From Octopus bimaculoides (taxonomy: Eukaryota): a DNA stretch of 64,000 bases. Below are positions 24,530 to 37,420 of the stretch, in pieces (the stretch's first letter is position 1; each line of letters opens with the position of its first letter). A program made the translations under genes and the position numbers. The notes under the pieces were generated by a model. It was not told the DNA's origin. It did no database searches and saw only the letters and a list, made by a program, of their open reading frames with translations. Location: positions 66,557 to 130,556 of the forward strand of contig NC_068983.1 of NCBI RefSeq assembly GCF_001194135.2. Direction: 5' to 3'.

Positions 24530-25030
24530 AAAACACAAAAAACAATAACAAAAAAACAACAAAGTGAGGACGTGATACGGATAGTGTTATTGGACGCTCG
24601 GGAAAGGAAGGAGAGAGAGTATGACGTTTCGGGCGGAGCCCTTCGTCGGAAAGACAGAAAGTTCGGAGAATGGAAAAACGGAGGAAGAGGAAAATGGCAC
24701 CGATGCCCACGAGGTTACATTGTGAAAGGACCGGAAGAAGAGGTGGTGGGGGAAAAGTTCTTTCTAAGACAGGAGAGTGAAAAGGGAGGNNNNNNNNNNN
24801 NNNNNNNNNNNNNNNNNNNNNNNNNNNNNNNNNNNNNNNNNNNNNNNNNNNNNNNNNNNNNNNNNNNNNNNNNNNNNNNNNNNNNNNNNTGTGTGTGTGT
24901 GTGTGTGTGTACATAGTTTGGTGGTTTATCTGTTAGTGTGTATGTGTGTTTGTGTGTGTGTGACGTAGTGGAAGGAATTAGTAGCAGGAATAGTTAGTGG
25001 GTGCTTATGGACAATGGTTAGTGGAGGGTC
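24530..25030 (-). mobile_element. probable Penelope-like repeat remnant carrying a minimal hammerhead-like motif (24623-24649)
   Basis: Minus strand CCGACGA-AGGGC-UCC-GCCC-GAAAC-GUC. The PLE assignment is inferred from this motif only. Confidence 0.35.
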
Positions 25031-25295
25031 AGCAGGCAGTTTTTGAGTATGTGTGTGTTCGTGTGTGTGTTTGTGTGGGGTTGTAGGTGTTGGGTACGTG
25101 TGCGTGTGCCGTATGTGTATGTGGGTGTGTGCGTGTGTGTGGATGTTCGTGTGTGTGTGGGATTGTGATGTGTGTGGGGTTGTGTGTGTTAGGTACGGGT
25201 GCGTGTGTGTTTATATATATATACATACATATATACTTATATATACATACATATATACATATATNNNNNNNNNNATATATATACATATACTTTAT
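25030..25295. repeat. degenerate (GT)n then (TA/CA)n microsatellite
   Basis: Direct reading; explains the Cys/Val- and His/Thr-rich spurious ORFs. Confidence 0.9.
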
Positions 25296-27589
25296 TTAAA
25301 AGCAGCAGAAATATAACAAAAGACAGTTACTCTGAGTTTCACGTTCCCGTTTACATATATATATACCTACCTACCTTACCTACCTGTCTGTCTGTCTCTC
25401 ACTCTGTCTATCTCCCTTCTCTCCCCTCAGCCTTGTAATGAATTGATACAAGTGAAATTTGTTAATCTTATTGGGAAAAGAGCATTAAGTTCGAAGACAG
25501 CTGAAAGAACTGTTGTTAAAATATCTGATATTTACTCACTTCATTTGAAACAGTCTGAATAAACAGTTGAGAAATAATTCCAAGATATTTTTAACATGTT
25601 TTCAGAAAAGGGACTCGTGCTAACGGTCCAATACTCAGATACCTCATTTCTAATGATGGCTGTAATTTACACTTGAAACAACAGTTCTGATACTGTGACA
25701 ATTCCGGCCATCAACAAACACCAATACAACTCTATCTTTTTATCTTCAACTATTTCACAATTCTCACATTGTCTGCCAATATGGTACAAATGGAGACACT
25801 GTTTACCTCTCTGGCCTATCTACATTCTCCATTTATTTGTTCAACGAAGCTAGAGATGTACGAACATCATTTTTATTTGTTAACTGTAGACGCCCCCCCA
25901 CCCCAAACGTTCAGAATTTTTTCTCAACAATGTTCTTTTATTTAGTTTATTTTCTTTTATATCTACATTTTCTAAAATGTTTAAAGATAAAAATTCATGG
26001 AGTAGTGTAAATCTTCATTTAAAATTCCATTTACATCAAAGATATTAAACTGACCCAGTATTTCTCTGGTACTTTATCTTTACAAAAATATTTATGACAA
26101 AACTTTACTGCTTTTTCAGGAATATATTGTACACACACACACACACACACACACACGTAAGAGATACAAAGTGGATTAGTTACTAAGATTTGAAACCTCA
26201 GTACATGAATGTGCTCATTTTCCCAGAGTACTCAACTTTTCCCACACGTTTTTAGCATAAACAACGTTCCAGTATATAAGCATGCATTCAATTAGAAACA
26301 TCCACTCAAATATTTGAGTCACTGTGGTTGGATTCCAGACTTTACCAATTCTATGCCATTATTCTTGACATCATGTCTGTTGGATGCTGCACTTAGCAAC
26401 AATTCACACTGCACTGCTTTACTTTCCATCTGCTATTCTCACTTATCAGTTTAACTTCTCTGGGTTTTCGTCTGCCATATTCTCTCTTGCTATTGTCAAT
26501 AACGAACACAAACTATGCTTTCTGTGTCCTAGCTTTCACTCATTTATCTCTCTATGCACTCAGTTCACAGTATTTGTAGAGGAAATTTATTTGGCTCAAT
26601 GCATGCATGTCTTTACCCACAGCACCAGACACCCTTGTCTTCTGCAATTCCTTTAACGTACCCATCACACGATGCACACTTATGGCTGAAAATCTTCCTA
26701 TAATAACATGTGCAGTGAAAAGAGCACTTTTCCTCCTCAGCTCCTTTCAACGAAAATCGACAGCTGCACCATATTCAGACACAAATATGCATTCTTACAT
26801 ATGCAGCACTGTCTAGCCTTGTATCACATTTAAAAACCACTTCACTGTACACTCAAGTCAATGCTGTATGCCATTCAACCTTACTTGAATATGTGTCTCT
26901 ACTCGCATATACAACAGTTCAGATTCCCCTTCCTGGGACCAAAGAGATTTCTGGCCTTGCTTCATATCCACCTCTATACTTTCCACACACAGTTTTTCAC
27001 ATTGTCAGATTTTCACATTATGTACATCTCCATCATCTTCACCTTCTCTGATCAAATGCCAATTGAATGTTTTGACATATTTAGTCATCTATACAAACAT
27101 GAAGCTTATTGTTGCTCTCATTTAACCATCTGCAAACACGAATATTTCAGTTTTCTCTCTCACATTGCATTAAAGTTTTGTTAATTCAATGGGAGTAATT
27201 TTGCTCAGATGAGCAAATATAATTTCTCATAAGCATTTTGCTTTTTAATGACCAGCTCACTTATTGAGAAGTAGTGAAAGAGATTTATAACCGAGAACTG
27301 AAACCTCACTCTTCATGCTTGTTTACACTGTTCTTGGAATCTGCACTTAGAATTTATTAGTTCAACGTGTCAACTTCATCATCATCTTGGGTAAGACAAG
27401 AGTTTGACTTAGATAAATCCATTCACTTCTGTTGCCTATCTCTTAATATGGCTTTAATACAGCTGTTTATTGAAATACCTATAGAAAATGCCCCTCTTTT
27501 CCCTGGCCACTCTCAGACATTTTACTTATGCCATCATGAAAGTCACAAACTTAGATTTTCACACACACTGGCAATTCACTTCACATATT

Positions 27590-29340
27590 CACATATTATT
27601 GCAGAATCTTTAGCAGAAATGGAGAAGAAATTCCAGGTATGGAAACAAAACCTGGAATCAAAAAGCCTTAAAGTTAACCTTGCTAAGACCAAAGTTGTTG
27701 TTAGTAAGAAGACAAAATTCTCTTCCTGTCAGGTAAATGGCCCCTGCTCCATATGTAAGAAAGGAGTTGGAAGAAATTCCATGCGCTGCACCCAGTGTAA
27801 ACTATGGACACATAAGAGGTGCAGTGGAATCACAGGTGGAATAACAGATAAAGTCGTCTTTGTATGTGGCAGATGTGCAGGAACAATAAGTACTAAGAGC
27901 ACAGGGGACTTAGATTCTCCCAAATGCCCAGGAGGCTCTCTTGAGGTTGTAGACAGTTTCTGTTACCTAGGTGACCAAATAAGCAATGGTGGAGGATGTT
28001 CTGATAGTATTGTTTCTAAAATAAGAATTTGGGTGGAGGAAGTTCAGAGAGCTATTACCTCTGTTGGCAACAAAAGGACTCTCTCAGAGTGAAAGGTAGA
28101 CTATATGATGCTTGTGTACAAACGGCTATACTCCATGGTAGTGAGACATGGGCTCTGAATGCAGAAGACATGAGCAGACTGGAGAGAAATGAAGGTGGCA
28201 TGTTCCGTTGGATGTGCAACATCAGTGTGCATGTATGACAAAGTGTAAATGAATTGAGAGAAAAGTTGAGCATAAGAGGAATCAAATGTAGCATGCAAGA
28301 GAGAAGACTACGTTGGTTTGGACATGTGATTTGTATGAATGAAGACAGCTGTATAAAGAAGTGCCAATCACTGAAAGTGGATGGTACCCGTGGCAGAGGG
28401 GAGATCAAGTGGTAAGGACCGGTCTCAGGATGTTTGGCCTCATGAAGGAAATGACAATGAACCAAGGTCTCTGGTAATATGAGGTTCTTGAGAAGACCCA
28501 GCCATGTCAGTGAAACTGAGTTCTAGAAATACTGTGTGTCCCACCCACACTTAACAAGAAAACTTCTCACACGCTCTACCACAACGAACTAAACTACATC
28601 TCTTCCTCACATTTTCTCCTTCATACATTATGCCTACCAGGGCATACCTCAAGGGTACACCCTACCACTTGCCACCATCTATATCTCTTCCTTTACTCAA
28701 CCACCCCATTTATATTCTGATCCCCATTTATTGTGAGTATGCCCAGCACTTTGTCACCATCTCTACCCTACTGTATCCCTCTCTCTCTCTCTCTCTCTCT
28801 TCCTGCACTTCCCTCAGTTTGGGTAACCATCTATTTCCTTTGAGGCAGTGCACCTGTTTCTGTCTTCATTCCTCCTCCTCTCTCTCTCTCTCTCCCCATC
28901 TGGGTAACCTTGTATTTCCTCTACAGCAAAACACCCATTTCTGTCTCTGTCCCACTATAACCTTTCGTCATCTGACACAAGATCACCTCCTCCAATTCCC
29001 CCTCCCCACTCAAGAGATTTTTTTTGTCTTGCAAGTACTTGGTGACCCTGTCAGTGCAGGTGCCACTTAATTGCACCCAGTCCACACTGTAAAGTGGTTG
29101 GCATTTGGAAGGGCATCCAGCTGTAAAAACATTGCCAAAACTGACCTCACCTGTGCTTGTGCCACATAAAAGGCACTAAGTCCACTCTGCTGAGTGTTTG
29201 GTGTTAGGAAGGGCTTCCAGCTGTAAAAATCCTACCAAAACAGTTGCAAAAGTCTGATGCAGGCTTCTGCCTGGCTGGCTCCTGTCAAACTGTCCCACCC
29301 ATGCCAGCATGGAAGGTGGACATTAAGTGATGATGATGAA
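27590..29340 (+). mobile_element. RTE LINE, 5'-truncated, with PHD-like insert in RT and a long pyrimidine-rich 3' UTR
   Basis: AESLAEMEKKFQVWKQNLESKSLKVNLAKTK...C4HC3 finger...VDSFCYLGD...LRVKGRLYDACV..AILHGSETW. Ends ccatgccagcatggaaggtggacattaagtgatgatgatga. Confidence 0.85.
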
Positions 29341-30556
29341 GGCAAGACACATAAGATAGGAAAATAGTGTGATGTAATAATGAAAAGTAATTTACAGTGA
29401 ATGCAAAACGAAGTAAAAGTGTATGGAAACAATGTTTGGAAAATGAGGTATGGTCCAATGAACTGTTGAGACTAGTCCTGGAATAGAGAAATAGAAAAGA
29501 TACAGAACTTGTTTAGCAGAAATAGGAAATGAAGAGAAATGAGATAACAGCTGCTTTGTTGGAGAGAGAGAGAGAGAGGTCACAGCAGAGTTTAAAGAAA
29601 AGATGCAAGAAGACAGTGGTTTTGTATGTTGGTATCATAAATGGAAGAAGGTACAAACCAAAGTATATAGAAAAGATGAAACAATTCCCGTTAGTTGTGT
29701 CTAATCCAGAGATTGTTGTGATTGGAATGGGACCTATTAACCCTAAGTGATGTTGACAGCTTTCTGAAATAATTAATGCCAACTCCCACAAGATTACTCC
29801 TTGTTCTATGATACATATTTCCTGTTTTAAGTAATCTAAGTTAAAACCTTCTAGCAAACTTTTATGTTAATGTTCTAAACACCAGCTTAAAGGCAATTGT
29901 TTTACTAAATTCTTTATTCTTTTCAAAATTGAGATGGAGCATATTTCAACAGAAATAGAGTAACAAAAGGATTTGATACTGTGGAGATTAACTTAGCTGC
30001 CTGGTTAGTGCAAAAAACATGAAGTTTGTGTGTGTGAAATTGTGCTGTCAGTGTTGGCATGACTGAAAACAGAACTGGGAGAAATTTGTAGGGTAGCAGA
30101 GTGAAGGGAGTTACGAAGGTTATGAGCAAGGAAATGTAAAGTTTCTCTGTTATCTCCTGGCATATGTCTTGGGGAATGGACAGAAAACATTCACCCTGTA
30201 ACTGTTTGATAAATGTTGTTTTCAATTGGCTTCGAGACAATGTATTGGGGAGATAAAGTTAGAAAGAAGCTGGAATTGTCAGCTGAAATAGTCTGGTGGC
30301 ATAATTAGGCAGACTATTCAATGATAAATGAGTTAGTACCACTTAATTAAGTAGTCTACATTGAAATGTCACCATTTTTAGTAACAGTGAAGCTGAAAAG
30401 GGAAAAATGACTTTGTTAAGCATTATTCTGTGCATTGAATAACCGACCATTTTCGAGGTATTTCCCTAATTCCATCTCTTTTTAGATTTACAATCTTTCA
30501 TAATCTCGCTCAGTCTCTAATCTGTTGATTTCAACAAGACAAGATCCATTCTAATC

Positions 30557-31103
30557 TCATCATCGTTTAACGTCCGCTTTCCATGCTGGCATGGGTTGGA
30601 CGGTTTGACTGGGGACTGGTGAGCCAGAGGCTGCACCAGGCTCAGTCTGATCTGGCAAGGCTTCTACAGTTGGATGCCCTTCCTAATGCCAACCACTCTG
30701 AGAGTGTAGTGGGTGCTTTTACGTGCCACCAGCACAAGGGCCAGTCAGGTGGTTCTGGCAACGATCACGCTCGACTGGTGCTTTTTATGTGCCACCGGCA
30801 TGGGAGCCAATATGTGGCCCTGGCAACGATCACACTCGGATGCGCTTTTAATGTTCCACTGGCACGAGTGCCAATCAGGTGATACTGTCATCGGCCATGT
30901 CAGCGATTTTGATTTGATTTCATTTGCCTCAATAGGTTTTCCAAGCAAAGTTTATTTTCCAATGAATGAGGGGTGTTCATAAGTGGGCTGGTTACACCCA
31001 CTGGCATAGGCCATGGGCTATGATCTCACTTGGCTTGTCGGGTCTTCTCAAGCACAGCATATCTCCAAAGGTCACGGTCACTAGTCATTGCCTCGGTAAG
31101 GCC
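30557..31103 (-). mobile_element. RTE LINE 3' end, relatively young (CpG retained)
   Basis: catcgtttaacgtccgctttccatgctggcatgggttggacggtttgac... up to the ORF end ggtcactagtcattgcctcggtaaggccc. Confidence 0.85.
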
Positions 31104-31587
31104 CTTTCAATTTATTCAAAAAGTTCAACGAAGGGATTTTACTGCAGTTATCTCCTTGTCTTTATAAATACCTCTAGAGGGGATTTTTGCCTGTGAATTA
31201 CACAGATAATCTCAGTTTAAGGTTTTCAACTTCCTATATTTATGAGACCTCTCTACCATCTTTATTTAAATAGGTTCTGTTGACAGCCTGCTTCCATCTG
31301 ACCACTATTTATTTTCTAATTGACTTTCTCCTCTGCTTCTCTTAGTGTTTGATCGTAGAAACAAGAAGCTACATGTTTCTGCCCCTAAAAGAACTTAATA
31401 CCTTACTTCATAAGATGCAAAAAGAATAATATCGTTGCAAAATACAACCTGCTGACACCACCACAACTCTAACAGCAAGCAGCTGGCAAACTTGGTTTGA
31501 ACGTCAGTAGTAGTCGTACATGGCTGTCTTGTGTAATGTAGTTCTTTTTTCACTCCGACTGTAGTTCCTCATCGTCTGACTTCACAT

Positions 31588-31641
31588 TGACTGTTCACAT
31601 CACCAACTGACCCCTGACTGTTCACATCACCAACTGACCCC
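31588..31641. repeat. perfect 27-bp tandem duplication
   Basis: tgactgttcacatcaccaactgacccc x2. Confidence 0.9.
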
Positions 31642-31659
31642 GTGTCCCCTCACCACTTT

Positions 31660-31885
31660 AAATCCCCCAGCTCACAGAGTTTCTGTTGAGATTCTCTGTG
31701 TTTCTTTCAATTAATTTCAAATATAACAAAGAATTTGGTAAAATAACTTATCATTAAGCTAGTGTTAGGAACATAAATTGTGACTAAGATCTGGTGGAAG
31801 ATTTTAATTCAGAACTTCTGAAAACAAGATATTTGTACTACAGAGCTGAGGCAGTTTCACTGGGTTGGTATCAAAAAGATTAAAT
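31660..31885 (-). mobile_element. MITE, probably piggyBac-type (second family)
   Basis: Ends ...gggttggtatcaaaaagaTTAA. A related partial copy lies in the opposite orientation at ~29845-29975. Confidence 0.4.
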
Positions 31886-32074
31886 CAGTCATATGATCAA
31901 TGAACATTATTTCTCATTAGAATTAATTATGGATTCGTTATGTGTTTTCTTTTCATAGAACTAGAGAACTGTATTTCGATTTCAAGTTGAACCATTTATA
32001 ATTATATTTATCAGAATATTTCTTCCATGTTCTGCAGGTGATTGACTTTATATTCTCTTTCATAACAATAGTGT

Positions 32075-32680
32075 AAATATGTGAATCTTAAACTGAGAAT
32101 AATCTACTTTGTGCAGATTCCTCAGGCTCTTTGGGAGAATATTAAAAAGCTGTGGGCCCCTGAAACCCAGGCAGTTGCAGTAACTGGTCCTGAAGCACGA
32201 TGGTGTTGCTGGGATCTTTGGCATTAAGCAGTGTCGTCCCGTTCTGGCATTGGTGTAGCTTTCAATGCCAAAATTTGGCACAATTCCTTCCAGGATCTTC
32301 CAGATGTATATTACTGCATACCTCTCCCGCCTTCTCTCAGGGAGTAGAGTCTTAGCGGTTTCAGCCTTTCCGAGTAGCCGAGCAGTTGCAAAGAGACAAT
32401 CTTCTTTGTGAATCTTCTCTGGATTGCTTCAAGGTCTGCTGTTAATTTCACACTGGTAGGTGACCACAGCTGTGAGCAGTAATCCAGGCGGCTGAGGACA
32501 AATGTCCTTCAGAGGACCATCATGGTTTCCTTATCTCTGGTTCTGAATGTTGTTCACTTGTTTTTCTTTTTCACCTTTGAGAGAGCAGAATCTGTCAGCC
32601 ATGTGGATACTTTATGCAAATGTACCTCCACCTCCTTGGTTGACATGTTGGATGGTATTTATGAGTCATTGTGGGAATCC
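32075..32680 (-). mobile_element. CR1/L2-group LINE 3' ORF fragment
   Basis: LEAIQRRFTK...RLYSLRRRRERYAVIYIWKILEG...FRGPQLFNILPKSLRN. Confidence 0.75.
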
Positions 32681-32789
32681 ATAATAACCACAAAATTTAA
32701 ACAATTATTGAAAGAATAAAAAAAGATAATAGTGTCCCCCCCCCTCTTCCACTTCTGTTTGTACCAGTGTGTAAAGCATGGTTATGTTG

Positions 32790-34460
32790 TGTCACTGCTC
32801 CAGTCTGATTTGGCATGGTTTTCTATGGCTGGATGCCCTTCCTAACGCCAACCGCTACAAGAGTAATGGGTGTTTTTTACATGCCACCGGCATGACACTG
32901 GTATCTGCCATGACTGATTCTGCTTGGCTTGATGGGTCTTCTTCTCAAGTACGACATAATGCCAAAGGCCTTGGTCATTGCCTCCGTGAGGCCCAACACT
33001 CGAAAGGAACTCGGTCACCTGCCTCCATGAGGCCCAATACTAAAAAGGGACTCAGCCACTTTGACCCCGTGAGGCCCAACATTCAAGGTTGATTTTCTTC
33101 TGTGCCACCAGCTCGGGTGCATTTGGCTTGACAGTCCTCTTAAGTAGAGCACATTGCCAAAGGTCTTGGTCACTAGTCATTGCCTCTGTGAGGTTCAAAG
33201 TTCGAAGATCATGCTTCACCACCTCGTCTCATGTCTTCTTGGGTCTACCTCTACCACAGGTTCTCTCCACAGTTAAAGATCGGTACTTCTTTTCACAGCT
33301 GTCCTCGTTCATATGCATCACATGACCATACCAGCGCAGTCTCTTCTCTTGCACACCACATCCGATTCCTCGCATGCCTAACTTTTCTCTCAAGATGCTT
33401 ACACTCTGTCGAACATGTACACTGACATTGCACATTCAGCGAAGCATACTGGTTTCATTTCTTTCAAGCCTACACATGTCCTTGGCCCATGTTTCACTAC
33501 CATGCAGCATAGCTGTTCGCACACAGGCATCAAACAATCTGCCTCTCACTCTGAGAGAGAGGACTTTTGTTGCCAGCAGGGGTAGGAGCTCTCTGAACTT
33601 AGCCCAACTTAATCTTATTCTCACAGCTATGCTTTCAGAACATTCACCTCCACTACTAACTTGGTTGCCTATATTCCAGAAGCTATCTACTACCTCTAGC
33701 TTTCCCCCACTAGCAGTTGATGGTGTCTATTTTCTGCACATGTTCAGCATTTATTATGCCTGTGCACCTTCCACACACAAAAGATAGTTTCTCTGTTCTT
33801 TGATGTTGCTGCACCTTTTGTGTGTTCAAAGCTTGCACTGGGTGCATCTTATGGAGTTTCTACCTGAGGGGATTTGTGATTTGTTTGTCTTCTTACTTAC
33901 TATGACTTTAATTTTTGCTAGGTTAACTCTAAGGCCCTTTGATTCTAGACCTTGTTTCCATACCTGGAACATCTCTAGCAAGGTCATCTGCATAGAGGAG
34001 CTCCCAGGGGCAGCCTGTCTTGAATTCCTCTGTTATTGCCTGGAGGACTACGATGAACAGGAGGGGGATGAGCACTGAACCTTGGTGAACCCCTACTTCT
34101 ACCCTGAATTCTTCACTGTACTTGTTACCCACCCTCACCTTACTGACAGCATCCCTGTACAAGGCTTATACAGCTCTCACCAACCACTCGTCTATCCCTA
34201 GTTTTCACATTGACCACCAAATAAGGGATTAGGTGACTCTGTCAAAAACTTCTTCCAAGTCAACAAAAGCCAAGTACAGAGGTTTATCTTTGGCCAGGTA
34301 TTTCTCCTGCAGTTGCCTCACCAGAAATATAGCATCAGCCGTGTTTCTACCTGGCACAAACCCAAACTGCATCTCATCTAGACTGATTATGGCTCTCCAC
34401 AATTTTCATCACCTGATCCAACAATTTGATATCTCTGTAATTGTATCCACACACGCACAC
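32790..34460 (-). mobile_element. RTE LINE fragment (RT to 3' end)
   Basis: GFVPGRNTADAIF...LYLAFVDLEE...VGVHQGSVL..LLF...ELLYADDL...WAKFRELLPLLATK...RLRWYGHV. The 3' UTR has a ~45-bp unit repeated three times. Confidence 0.9.
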
Positions 34461-34539
34461 ACACACTGGGTCTGTAAGATATTTGAGGACAGATTTATGT
34501 TTATAAAAAAACAGATATATATAATAACAGATAACTTTA

Positions 34540-35640
34540 TTTATCAAAAAATGCTGTGAGAATAAAAATGAACCTTCTTTTCTATAATGTTATTCAATAA
34601 AGCCACCTTCAGCTTCAACAACTGCTTCTATATGAGATCTAAATCATCTCCATGCTCGAATCAAGTGGTCCCTGGTTCATTTTGGATATTATTCTGACTA
34701 TGGTAGATTTCAAAGGATCTTTGGCTTTATGGACGTCTTCTTTGACCTCTCCCTCTCAACAACGCTTCACATGTAAGAGTCCAATAGATTGAGATCTGGG
34801 GAATTAGGTGGCCAAATGATAGGGGTTATGTGATCATGAAAATTTTCAGCCATTCATTCCTGTGTTACTAGCGCCATGCGTGATAGTGCAGAGTCTTACT
34901 GAATGACATATGGTCTTCCATTGCATATACTGCCTATCCAATATTTTCCAGGACCTCAATGTAGGTAGCAGAGGTAACTCTGAGGGCCTTGTGGAAAGAA
35001 GTAAGGAGGTATATCACATGTCCTACATTGCTGACAACCCCTAAAACCATGACAGATGCAGGAAATTTTGTGTGCATAACCCTTGGAACTTCAGAAGAGT
35101 CTGCACATAACCATCTGTCATTTCTTCTGTTAACTTTTTGATCTTGGTCAAAGTTTATCTTGTTTGAGAAAAACCAAATTAAATCTTTTGCTGGATTTTT
35201 CAGTTTGTTTTCAGAGCCTTTTAGATGTGATGTAGTGATTTTCTTTTGCTTTTTGGGGACAAATTGACTTTTCCTCATCACATAAGACTTGTATCTAATG
35301 TTTTCGTGGACAACATTTCTGACTGTTTTGCAATTGACCTCATGGACTTTCTGGGATTGTAATCAATGGTCTGTCTGTTGAACATACTGAATAAATTCAG
35401 GTGTTTGGATGATTTCAGAGCATTTAGAATACTTTTTTCTGATTTGATACTGGTGATACGTTTCCATCTTCAGTCTCTAGCTCCTTACAAACTTTGTAGA
35501 TGAAAGATCTGGCAACTTTTAAAAATCGAGATATTTCTAAACCACTATGCTCAACCTTTATAACCCCAATAACAGCATGCCTCTTCATTTCTTGAGTAAG
35601 CTGAGGGTCTGCCATTATTATTTTCTGAAACAAAGATTAT
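34540..35640 (-). pseudogene. Tc1/mariner-superfamily transposase, maT-type DD37D, decayed
   Basis: N-terminal HTH-like EISRFLKVARSFIYK; FFSNKINF; GRPYVIQ*DSA ... WPPNSPDLNLLD with exactly 37 codons between the second and third Asp. Confidence 0.8.
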
Positions 35641-35736
35641 ACAGAGTTAGCAAAAAATGCAGCAATGACCCCTCCCAAAAAAAGGTATGTCCTCAAATAT
35701 ATGCTCCCTCTATATACATGTGTGTGTGTGTGTGTT

Positions 35737-36130
35737 GGGTCATCCCATAAATAATGCTTTTTTTTTATGCTTTTATTTTCCAAAATTAAGATAAAGTTCT
35801 TTTTAAATCTAAAATATACTTTCCTTCATTCCTACAATGCTCTTCCATCTCTCTGGTAGACTTGCACGGCCCCTCTTCCAAAATTCGCTTGTCCATGATG
35901 AAAAATACTCTTCCAGTACTGTTCTGATTTTGTCTACAAAATTCACATTTTTTTCCGTCCAAATGATTTTGAAGACTGCAGAATAAATAATTAAATGTCC
36001 AGCGAATATGGTGGGTGGGGCATCGTTTCCCATTCAAACTGCTCCAGCCTTTGGAATGTCATCCTTGCTGTATGTGGCTGAGCATTATCCTGATGGAAGA
36101 CCACCTTTCATCTTGAAACCAAACATGGTA
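35737..36130 (-). pseudogene. mariner (DD34D-type) transposase 3' remnant with terminal repeat
   Basis: VVFHQDNAQPHTA...WETMPHPPYSLDI...LFCSLQNHLDGK...LPERWKSIV; TIR-like ttgggtcatcccataaataatgc. Confidence 0.8.
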
Positions 36131-36521
36131 ATTTTTCTTCTAGTGCTGACTTAAGCTGCTCGCAAGTACAACTCATTAACTTAGTTTTTTCAAAAATTGT
36201 GGAATTTAGTTTTTGGTTTCCATAATGTAATATAACCTTTTTTTTTATTTTTTAAAAATCAGTTTTCATAAAACTGAATAGAAAATAAAGTGCCACCTGG
36301 TGCTCTCCTTAGATCTATTGTCAAAAGATATACTAAGTCTGGCTGTAGACTATACTTCACATTATGGCCTGTTTGTCGGCTTCTGTACTGTCTGGACCAC
36401 ATTCTAATAGTACAGATGTTTGAGGGTAAGAAATTTATTCCTGATATCTTATACACAAAATATTATCTAAAATTTAAAAGAAGTATTTTGCTTTCAGCAT
36501 TTCTGGTGGTAGTCTCTCACA

Positions 36522-36609
36522 ATGTTGACGTGTATAAAGACTGAAGATCGGAGTTTGGCTATCGATACAAGAACTGAAGACTCTCTCTCTGTTGAAGAAA
36601 TCAGTTCAG
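36522..36609 (+). CDS. candidate first coding exon of an unnamed host gene (exon 36498-36609, ATG at 36522)
   Basis: Acceptor attttgctttcag|, ATG context acaATG, MLTCIKTEDRSLAIDTRTEDSLSVEEISS, donor CAG|gtaaag (phase 1). Three CpG retained in a CpG-poor region. Confidence 0.55.
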
Positions 36610-36989
36610 GTAAAGCTCTTATTCTATTAATTTTCTCAAGAAGTAAACACAAGTTTCAAGATAATTGGTTCACACCCAAATCTTCTTCACACCAATATTA
36701 AGTTGTTCCTAAAAAAATGAAAATGTCTTCCTCTCTGAAGATATCAAAAATACGTCACATATCCTACATATTCAAGAGTAGCCCTCCTGGGATTGAACCT
36801 ACTATAGATCTGCTTTTCCATGGGTTCCACTAAACTTCAAAGTACACAACACTTCCTTATATGGCAGTTGTTCTCCTTACCCAACTCATACCCATGCCAA
36901 TGTATCCATCCCTTTTGTCCACAACTTACTGATTCCTTTTATACCCAGTTTTCCTTTCAGTTCATTTATACATAGGTGTTCACTCACAC

Positions 36990-37420
36990 TGACATTTCAC
37001 ATCACAGGAGCCTGCTGGTTTTATTTTTTTCTAGCCATTGTAAGTTTTCTGCATTCAAGACTCCCATATCTTACAACCATGCAGCATTACAATTCCAACA
37101 CAAGCATCAAACAATCTGTCCTTTACTCGGAGAAGAAAAAAAACAACTTTTCTTGCTGACAATACTAGTAACTCTTTGAACATACTCCAACTCATTCTTA
37201 CTCTGGCAACTACACTTTCTGAGTAAGCTCTTCCCTCCTAATTATCTAATTATGTCTCCAAGGCTACAAATTTTCAAGTCGTGAACCATCCAAGCCTTCA
37301 AGTCTTTTTCCATTGTGCTCTTAGTCTTGTTACCCCTGTTCATTGACCACATACAAAGCATACTTTTGCTGTTTGACTGGGCTTCCACTAGTTAGATTCA
37401 CATCTAACTTAAGGCCACTT
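36990..37420 (-). mobile_element. old RTE LINE fragment
   Basis: caagcatcaaacaatctgtcctttactcggag matches the LRVKGRLFDAC region of the other copies. Confidence 0.6.

Noticed and set aside
26200-27300. Possible decayed DNA-transposon ORF on the minus strand
   Set aside because: Many stops in every frame and no diagnostic motif recognised.
31959-32037. Possible 5' UTR exon (ttttcttttcatag|...CAG|gtgatt)
   Set aside because: Weak donor and no coding constraint to test; needs transcript data.
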